From positions 12,090,001 through 12,154,000 of the forward strand of contig OZ059896.1 in the NCBI GenBank assembly GCA_964057225.1: DNA of 64,000 nt, given 5' to 3'. The DNA comes from Auanema rhodensis. Taxonomy: Eukaryota; Animalia; Nematoda. Under the pieces are notes generated by a model. That model was not told where the DNA came from. It saw only the letters and a program-made list of their open reading frames with translations, and made no database searches. A program made the translations under genes and the position numbers. Shown here piece by piece: positions 43,801 to 53,700 of the stretch. Each line of letters opens with the position of its first letter. Position 1 is the first letter of the stretch.

Positions 43801-46800
43801 TCTACCGCTATTTCATAATTTCATTTTTTAAATTTTTAATCATTAAAAAACATTTCAATTTCAATATTGTGATGCTCAAAAACTGAAACATTTAAATATT
43901 TTGTATTTTCTAAACCATTTTACTCCATCGCTTTTATATTTCTACCGCTATTTCATAAATTCATTTTTTAAATTTTTAATCATTAAAAAACATATAAATT
44001 TCAATATTGTGATGCTCAAAAACTGAAACAGTTAAATATTTTGTATTTTCTAAACCATTTCACTCCATCTCTTTCATTTAATTCCATATTTTAAACAATT
44101 TTATATTTCTACCGCTATTTCATAATTTCATTTTTTAAATTTTTAATCATTAAAAAACATTTAAATTTCAATATTGTGATGCTCAAAAACTGAAACATTT
44201 AAATATTTTGTATATTCTAAACCATTTCACTCCATCTCTTTCATTTAATTCCATATTTTAAACAATTTTATATTTCTACCGCTATTTCATAATTTCATTT
44301 TTTAAATTTTCAATCATTAAAAAACATTTCAATTTCAATATTGTGATGCTCAAAAACTGAAACATTTAAATATTTTGTATTTTCTAAACCATTTCACTCC
44401 ATCTCTTTCATTTAATTCCATATTTTAAACAATTTTATATTTCTACCACGAATTCATAACTTCATTTTTTAAATTTTTGATCATTAAAAAACATTTAAAT
44501 TTCAATGTTGTGATGCTCAAAAACTGAAACAGTTGAATATTTTGTAATTTCTAAACCATTTTACTCCATCTCTTTCATTTAATTCCATATTTTAAACAAT
44601 TTTATATTTCTACCACGAATTCATAACTTCATTTTTTAAATTTTTAATCATTAAAAAACATTTAAATTTCAATATTGTGATGCTCAAAAACTGAAACATT
44701 TAAATATTTTGTATATTCTAAACCATTTCACTCCATCTCTTTCATTTAATTCCATATTTTAAACAATTTTATATTTCTACCACGAATTCATAACTTCATT
44801 TTTTAAATTTTTAATCATTAAAAAACATTTAAATTTCAATATTGTGATGCTCAAAAACTGAAACAGTTGAATATTTTGTATTTTCTAAACCATTTTACTT
44901 CATATCTTTCATTTAATTCCATATTTTAAACAATTTTATATTTCTACCACGAATTCATAACTTCATTTTTTAAATTTTTGATCATTAAAAAACATTTAAA
45001 TTTCAATATTGTGATGCTCAAAAACTGAAACAGTTGAATATTTTGTAATTTCTAAACCATTTTACTCCATCGCTTTTATTTAATCTCATATTTTAAACAA
45101 TTTTATATTTCTACCGCTATTTCATAATTTCATTTTTTAAATTTTTAATCATTAAAAAACATTTAAATTTCAATATTGTGATGCTCAAAAACTGAAACAG
45201 TTGAATATTTTGTATTTTCTAAACCATTTTACTTCATATCTTTCATTTAATTCCATATTTTAAACAATTTTATATTTCTACCACGAATTCATAACTTCAT
45301 TTTTTAAATTTTTAATCATTAAAAAACATTTAAATTTCAATATTGTGATGCTCAAAAACTGAAACAGTTGAATATTTTGTATTTTCTAAACCATTTTACT
45401 CCATCTCTTTCATTTAATTCCATATTTTAAACAATTTTATATTTCTACCACGAATTCATAACTTCATTTTTTAAATTTTTAATCATTAAAAAACATATAA
45501 ATTTCAATATTGTGATGCTCAAAAACTGAAACATTTAAATATTTTGTATTTTCTAAACCATTTCACTCCATCTCTTTCATTTAATTCCATATTTTAAACA
45601 ATTTTATATTTCTACCACGAATTCATAACTTCATTTTTTAAATTTTTAATCATTAAAAAACATATAAATTTCAATATTGTGATGCTCAAAAACTGAAACA
45701 TTTAAATATTTTGTATTTTCTAAACCATTTCACTCCATCTCTTTCATTTAATTCCATATTTTAAACAATTTTATATTTCTACCACGAATTCATAACTTCA
45801 TTTTTTAAATTTTTGATCATTAAAAAACATTTAAATTTCAATATTGTGATGCTCAAAAACTGAAACAGTTGAATATTTTGTAATTTCTAAACCATTTTAC
45901 TCCATCGCTTTTATTTAATCTCATATTTTAAACAATTTTATATTTCTACCGCTATTTCATAATTTCATTTTTTAAATTTTTAATCATTAAAAAACATTTA
46001 AATTTCAATATTGTGATGCTCAAAAACTGAAACATTTAAATATTTTGTATTTTCTAAACCATTTTACTCCATCTCTTTCATTTAATTCCATATTTTAAAC
46101 AATTTTATATTTCTACCACGAATTCATAACTTCATTTTTTAAATTTTTAATCATTAAAAAACATTTAAATTTCAATATTGTGATGCTCAAAAACTGAAAC
46201 AGTTGAATATTTTGTATTTTCTAAACCATTTTACTCCATCTATTTTATTTAATCCCACATTTTAAACAATTTTATATTTCTACCGCTGTTTCATAAATTC
46301 ATTTTTTAAATTTTTAATCATTAAAAAACATATAAATTTCAATATTGTGATGCTCAAAAACTGAAACATTTAAATATTTTGTATTTTCTAAACCATTTCA
46401 CTCCATCTCTTTCATTTAATTCCATATTTTAAACAATTTTATATTTCTACCACGAATTCATAACTTCATTTTTTAAATTTTTAATCATTAAAAAACATTT
46501 AAATTTCAATATTGTGATGCTCAAAAACTGAAACAGTTGAATATTTTGTAATTTCTAAACCATTTTACTCCATCTCTTTCATTTAATTCCATATTTTAAA
46601 CAATTTTATATTTCTACCGCTATTTCATAAATTCATTTTTTAAATTTTTAATCATTAAAAAACATATAAATTTCAATATTGTGATGCTCAAAAACTGAAT
46701 CATTTAAATATTTTGTATTTTCTAAACCATTTCACTCCATCTCTTTCATTTAATTCCATATTTTAAACAATTTTATATTTCTACCACGAATTCATAACTT

Positions 46801-47185
46801 CATTTTTTAAATTTTTGATCATTAAAAAACATTTAAATTTCAATATTGTGATGCTCAAAAACTGAAACAGTTGAATATTTTGTAATTTCTAAACCATTTT
46901 ACTCCATCGCTTTTATTTAATTCCATATTTTAAATAATTTTATATTTCTACCGCTATTTCATAATTTCATTTTTTAAATTTTTAATCATTAAAAAACATT
47001 TAAATTTCAATATTGTGATGCTCAAAAACTGAAACAGTTGAATATTTTGTATTTTCTAAACCATTTTACATCATATCTTTCATTTAATTCCATATTTTAA
47101 ACAATTTTATATTTCTACCACGAATTCATAACTTCATTTTTTAAATTTTTAATCATTAAAAAACATTTAAATTTCAATATTGTGA
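1876..47185. repeat. 167-bp AT-rich satellite array (about 272 monomers, head to tail)
   Basis: GATGCTCAAAAA recurs at 1951, 2118, 2285, 2452 and so on (period 167). Consensus is about atatttctaccacgaattcataacttcattttttaaatttttaatcattaaaaaacatttaaatttcaatattgtgatgctcaaaaactgaaacagttgaatattttgtattttctaaaccattttactccatctctttcatttaattccatattttaaacaatttt. Confidence 0.98.
47181..47185. other. Left target-site duplication TGTGA
   Basis: The same 5-mer flanks the other end at 55973-55977. Removing the element plus one copy restores ...caatat-TGTGA-tgctc of the monomer. Confidence 0.93.
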
Positions 47186-47718
47186 TGTCGTTTTGTCCTC
47201 TAGTTGGAGAGCGAATAACGGGCATTTGTGGTTCAGTGGTAGTGGAATATTAGTCCAAGTAATAGGCAATAGACGCGAGTACAAGAGAAGAGTTTATTAT
47301 CGGCGATACGAATACAATACGAGTAAAACAGAAATAAATTGACGGGAAGATGATAGCGGTGGCAGGATAATATTGAGACATGATTTAGAAGAATTATTGC
47401 GGGTTTATATACTAGGTCCCCGGAAGTGATAGATAATGTATTAATTGTAGAAAGCGAGAGGAGGGGTCTAAATCCTATGTGATTCATCCCCCTTGCAAGT
47501 GGGCGACGGCTATCGCGCCTAAGATCTTGCCTAATGGATCAGATGGCAAAGGGCGATAGGTGATTCATCGGCAAATCGGCCGTTGGTGACAACTTACAGG
47601 ATTATCGATTAGATAGTTGAGGATAATGGACAGTACAAAGAGAGGACAATAAAGAAGTACAATTGAACTTAAACTAAGGAGGAACACTATTATCACGGGA
47701 TGAGAGTGCTTCAGCACA
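47186..47718 (-). repeat. 3' LTR of copy 2 (533 bp)
   Basis: Identical to 55440-55972 except G47310 versus A55564. Confidence 0.97.
47293..47298 (-). terminator. Candidate polyadenylation signal AATAAA in the 3' LTR
   Basis: TTTATT on the + strand, about 105 nt downstream of the TATA box in element sense, followed by pyrimidine-rich sequence. Confidence 0.6.
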
Positions 47719-47730
47719 CTCCGGCCGTCG
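47719..47730 (-). promoter_or_regulatory. Putative plus-strand primer (PPT position), CGACGGCCGGAG
   Basis: Immediately precedes the 3' LTR in element sense. G-rich but interrupted by C residues. Confidence 0.55.
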
Positions 47731-47742
47731 AGAAGAGAACAT

Positions 47743-50700
47743 CTATATGGTGATGATCGCCGCCTGAGTCTTGTTCCTCTTAGTGGGTAGAATTTCTTGT
47801 TCCATTTCTTTTCTAGTCTCAGTTTTGTAAAAATCCCTAAGTGATTGGTCCATGTGCTGGGTGAGTTCCTTCAAGCATTCAATCCGTTTCTCTTTTGTGA
47901 GCTTCAGAAACGAGTCGCATCTTTCTTGTGATCTTTGCAAGACTAGGTTGATTTCGCAGGCTCTAGTGTTGGCGAGTGACATAGTGAATAGAATGAATAC
48001 TACTAGGATGTGAGTTTTCCTTGACTTTAGGAGAAGGAGCTGGCGCCAAAAAATGATAAAGACGCGGAGGGGAATGAGGAAGATGTAACATGTTGCGGCA
48101 GCCATGTAGTGGGCGGTGCCTAGTGCTAGTCTGGTAGCGTATGTTGTAATGATGTAATAGGAAAAGGTAAAAGCGATTATGGCAATGAGTAGACAGGTTG
48201 CTAATGCTTTGTACCATTCCTGATAGATGTTGTAGAAGTGAGTAATGTCGGGCCAAGAAAAGGTGAAGGCTGTTTCTTGGAGAGACGAGTGATTCCCGAG
48301 TATGTAATGAGAGCGTAGGTCTTGAAGTGTGTTGACGTAGTACAGCATTCCTGAGAGGAGGAATGTGTTTTCTTGTGTTCCGCAGGTGTATGTGCATGTG
48401 ATCCTAGGTGAGGCTGAGGTGATAGGCAGCTGGATGGAGTTGGTTGTTCCTTGTGGACTGCATTGTGTCATGAATGCGGATTCACCACATTGTATAGCTG
48501 CCAGAGTTGGTTGAGGTGAAGTACATGTGATACTTGCTTGGGCTCCTCGGTTGCAGTTGTAACATCCGGTTAATGGTGAATCCTGAATGTTGCAATGTGT
48601 GGAGTCTTGAGATGAGGAAGTGTGGAATTCCCCGTCGATTTTGATGTGGATTACAGTTAACATGTTGCTGTTAATGTTGATGCGTAAGTTTCTTTCCTCG
48701 TTCATGATCATGTATGAGGGTGTTAGCATTGGAATAGCTGATTGTACGTTGGTAAAGGCTGAGGTGATAGATGTTTCGTGGCACTGGCAGTTGACCTGGT
48801 CTTCTGCCGGTGTGCAAACGCAGGTGGGTGTGGCGTTACAGTTCATGTTTATAGCGTCTCTTCTGCTCGGGCATGAGAGCATGGGTTGTTGATTCCATAT
48901 AGCTGTTCTTGTAAGGTTGCGGATGAATTTGTATTGCATCGCAGGTATGACTGGCGGTGAGAGACTTGTAATAGTTAGCGTGAATGGATATATGTGCTTC
49001 GGAACGTCAGAGTATAGAGTGACGTTTTTGGAGATGGTGGTTGATCCGTTTCGGTATGTTAGGCTGAGGTCCGTTGTAGGTGTCCAAGAGTTGCAGTCGT
49101 ATACTTCATATATCGAGGTATCAGTCGGCTTCTGGTAGGTCCTGTAGAAAAAACATCCTGATGAAGGGTAAAAACATCCGCATCCTATGCCACCACAGGA
49201 TTCTGTGCAGTGTGTTGTTCCTGGGTACTGGTTAGCTATGTGAAGTTCGCTGACAGTTGAGTTTGGGGTGATGTTGCTGCATTTTTCTTCTTGGCATGAT
49301 CCAGTGTGTGGGCATCTTTTGCTGTCTTGTACGTGAGTCTTTGATTCTCTTGTGAAGTAAAGGGACCGAGTCTCACACTTGTAGTTGGTTTTAATCCACT
49401 GTATTCTCAAGAAAGAGATATTGTCTTGATTGTTTGATAATGTGAGGCAGGCTTCTTGAGTGTATGGACTGATGTTGAGATTATGCGTGGTTTGTATGTG
49501 GCATTTCTCTTGGATGCAAGTGGACTGTTCGGAGGATGTGATCGCGAGTTCTTGGCATGAGAAGGTTACTTGTATCAAACTCATCAGAGCTAGGAGTGGT
49601 ATGGCTGATTTGTGCGGCCTCGGTTGACGTGTGTGTCGGATCGTCTTGATTATGGTCATTATGATGGTGGTGCATAATCGTATCCAAAGTCGGATTGGTT
49701 TTCCTATGACCCATGGTGTGTATAGAATGCCGTAGCATAAGGCTGTGAGCATGTATGTAAGAAATGTGAGAAGTAGCATTGATGTCCATGGCCAGCAAGA
49801 TGGATTGAAAAGTGTAGCAGTGCAGAAGGTGCATGTGACAGTGGAGCAGAAATGTACCGCTGGGCATGTGATCATCATGTGATGAATTCTGGAATTGTGT
49901 TGGAAGGTCCAGCTTACGTCGTAGTTGGTTAGGATGTCCGCTGGGGGAAATATAAGGTTTCCATCGTGGCTGTTGTTATAGCATGTGTTGTGGATGCATA
50001 CTTGTTGATTGTTTGTCGAGATTCCTTGAATTTGAACTCCTTGGTAGTTGCAAGATATTGTTGGTGTGGCCGAGATGATGGGTAGAAGTATTGAGAATAT
50101 TGATAGAAAGGTGAATAGGTTTGTTCTTTGTTCTCCGTACCATAATCTAGGTACGTTCCTTGGATTAGACTGCCTTATTGGTGGGACGTCTCTCGAAGGA
50201 TTAGTGTTTCGTAGTCTTTCAGGAATGTCGTCGTCTGAGAGTTCCAGCGGATGTAGAAGGTTCACTGGTCGTTTGAGTTCTCTGCCTGATTCTGAAAGAA
50301 GCGTGACTTCTCTGGTCTGTCCGTTCTTGTCTGGTGAGATATGTGTGATTTTTCCAATCGGCCATTTGTACCGAGGTATCGGACTGTCGTTGATAAGTAC
50401 GTATTGGTCGATTCTTGGCTGTTGATTGGAACCAGCTTTCTTCACCGAGATGTTGTTCTTGTGGTGTTCTCTTAACTCTTTGAGGTAGAGTTCGATCCAT
50501 AACTCCCAGAATTTGTTTGTGCGTTGTCTGGAGGAATGGATGGCTTTTTCTGTGTCTGCTCTTGTTTGTAAGGCAGGGTTGTCGAGGTATTCTTCGTCGT
50601 CATCGTCCGAGTGGAATGAAATGTTAAGGTCCAAGTCTTTGTGAATAAAGTCACATGGTCTGATTATTTCATCTGTTCTTGTGTCGGATCCGATGTATGT

Positions 50701-53700
50701 GAGTGGGCGAGTGTTGAGTGTTGCTTCACATTCAGCTAAGGTGATTGACAGTTCTTCGCTTGTTGGTATGTTCTTCATGGTTTTGTGAAGAGAGTCTTTC
50801 ACTGATCGGATAAGGCGTTCGTAGAATCCTCCTTGCCAGGGGGCGTAAGGTGTTATGTTGTGCCATTTTATTTTATGGCTGTCACCTGTTTGTGTCGTGT
50901 TGGCGATGCTGAACAGTCTGTTTGCCACTTTCTGTCCTAGTTCGAATGTGGTGGCGTTGTCGCAAGTGATGCTTTCCGGATATCCTCTACGTGCCCATAT
51001 CTTCCTTAGACAGTTAAGAAATGCTTTTGTGGTAAGGTCTTCTATAACTTCTAAGTGTAGTAGGCGTGTGACTGTGCAGGTATAGATGCAACCCCATACT
51101 TTGTGAGGTTTGTCCTTTACCGTCAGCGGTCCGAAGTAGTCGAGGCCTATGTGTTGGAATGGTCGGCTTCGGTTGAGTCTTCTGCTGGGTATGTCGCCAG
51201 AGGGGGGGTACGTGAATGGTCGGTTGTTCATTCGTTGGCACTCTACGCATCTTCGTATGACTGAGATGGTTTGTGAGCGAAGTTGTGGTATCCAGAATTT
51301 CTGTCGAACTTCGGCCATGGTGTGTGACGTGCTTTTGTGAAATTGGTTGTGGACGTGTTCGATAATTAAGGTGGCTGTCCTTGTTTTGGGTAAGACGATG
51401 ATAGGAAGTTTTGCACTCTCATCTAGTTCACTATTCTGCATTCGTCCGCGGCTGTGCCAAAGATGATCTTTCAACAGTGGTCTTAAGTCGTTTCGTTGTG
51501 CTGCTGTAAGACGTACGAGTAGGTTGTGTTGATGCAGATGGAGAAGGTTCAGTTCGGCTTCTTCGTAATGTGTCGGTAGTCGTTTCTCTAACAGCGAATA
51601 ATTCTCTGCGATCCATTTTTCTTGTGCTTGGATCCATGTGTTGCAGTGTTCTAGCCAGGATTCTTCGTATTCTTCAGATGTCCTAGCTGTATTCACTGTG
51701 ATTTCTGGTTGAGGTAATGAGAAGAGCGGACCATTAATGGCTTTGTCAATTTGTGCTTTGGGATTCCACCAGAAATGATTTAGTAGCTCGTCTGTTGTGC
51801 AACCTCTTGTGGCAATGTCGGCTGGGTTGTCTTTGGTGTTGATGTAACCAAAGTATGTCTTGATATCCATATCTTCGATTTGGTCGATGTGGTCGTAGAT
51901 TTCCTTGATTCTGTTTTGTACTAAGACTCCTGTTGTCTTCTGATCAGGTTTTCGTCTTATCCATGCTAACGTTATTTCTGAGTCCGATAAAAATGTTGTA
52001 GACAAGATTTTGATGTTGTCTTTCATTTCTTTGATGATTTTGTTGGTGTTTGTGACACCTACTGTGAGAGCTGATATTTCTGCTTTCGGGATGGTGATGT
52101 TGGAGTTCTTTGAGTGTAGCTTGGATTTAGCGAAGATCAAGGTAGGTATGCGTGATGTGGCTGCCAGGAGGTATGTGCAGAATCCTAGGGCTGATCCGCT
52201 AGAATCTGTGCAGGTAACTAAGTGGTACTGTTGATTCGGATCTTCTGGTAGGGCTCGTTGCTGAGTTTTGTTGAAGTTGAAGTTTTCGGCTAGTGTATGC
52301 CATGTTTTTTGGTGTTCTTCAGGCAACGTAGTGTCCCAGTCGTAATTCTCTGTCCATAGATTCTGTAGGAAGAGTCGTAGTGGGTGTAGGCATGGACTTA
52401 TCAAACCCATGGGGTCAAAGATCGATGCAATGGCTTGTGTAATACCACGTTTGGTCAGTTTTGTTTCTGGAAGCTTGGTTTGGATGATCCATTGGTCCGT
52501 TTCTGTGTCCCATGGTAATCCAAGAACTTTTGGTTTTGCTGAGGTGTTTTTCTCCTCTAGTAGTAGGTTTTTGTTGAAGTCCGGACTGTTCGTTATGAAT
52601 TCTTGTAGTGTCATGTTCATTTCTGCGAATATGTCCTTTGTTTCTTGGTATCCCAGTTTGAGGTCTTCTTCTGAGTTTGTGGCAAGTAATAGGTTGTCCA
52701 CGTAAAGGTTCTCTTTAATTTGGTGGGCTAGGAAGTTTTCGTTGCTTCTTTGTTCCAGATGATGACGAATTGTGGCTGCGAGGAGAAATGGCGAGGCATT
52801 GATTCCAAAGGGAACTCTACAGAAGCGTAGGGTTCTTGTATTTTCGGTGCTCATTGGTTTGGAGATATCTCTCAGCCAAAAGAATCTTGTAGCGTCACGT
52901 TCTGACTCGTGGAGTCTTATTTGAAGAAATGCTTTCTTTACGTCTGCTATCAGTGCCATTTTCCCGCAGCGGAAGCGTAAAATCATTCCTACTAGTGATG
53001 GTAGGATTAGTGGTCCTTGATGGATGACGTCGTTCAGACTGGGTCTGTTCTGGTAGTGTCCGGAAGCGTCGTATACTATCCTTAGTTTGGTTGTTTCCTT
53101 TTGTGGGGTCAGAACTGCTTGATGAGCAATGTAGTGTATCGTTTGAGCGTCAGGGTATGGTTCTTCTGCTGGTTCGATTATTCCATTGTCTAGTTGTTCT
53201 TGAATGATTTTGTCGTATGCTGCTAGTGAATCTGGTTGTTGAGATAATTTTACGACTAGACTTATGAGGCGTCTGTGAGCAAGTGATTTGTTGTCGGGGA
53301 GAAGATTGATGTTGTCTTTCCATGGGAAGGAGACGTAATAACCATCGTCTCTTTTTTGGATGGTGGATTGGAATTGTTCCAATACTAGTTTGTCTCGTGC
53401 TTGTTTTTCTTCTTGTTCGGTTCCCGTAAATTCTTGCTGCTCCTCGATGAAGTTTTTGTTCCATGTGTCTATCGGGATAGAGGTGTTTCCAGTTATAACT
53501 GAGAAGGCGTTGATGGATGGTTGGTCGCTTGCTTTTCCTGTTATGAAGTCTCCAAATTGTGTCTTGACTTGTATGTGGTCGTCAGAGATTGGTATAATGG
53601 CTGTCAGAGCTTGCCACATTAAATCGGAGCCTATGAGTATGCGTGGATTGACGTAGGTTCCTTGATTTAATTTGAAGGTGGAGTTGTCTGATTTTGGAAT

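Noticed and set aside
1876-47185. CRISPR-like array or coding repeat
   Set aside because: Whole monomers repeat with no unique spacers and no ORFs, and the context is eukaryotic.
50292-50297. TTTCAG splice or trans-splice acceptor upstream of env
   Set aside because: It is a common hexamer, there is no in-frame Met between it and the env signal peptide, and no donor was identified. It needs RNA data.
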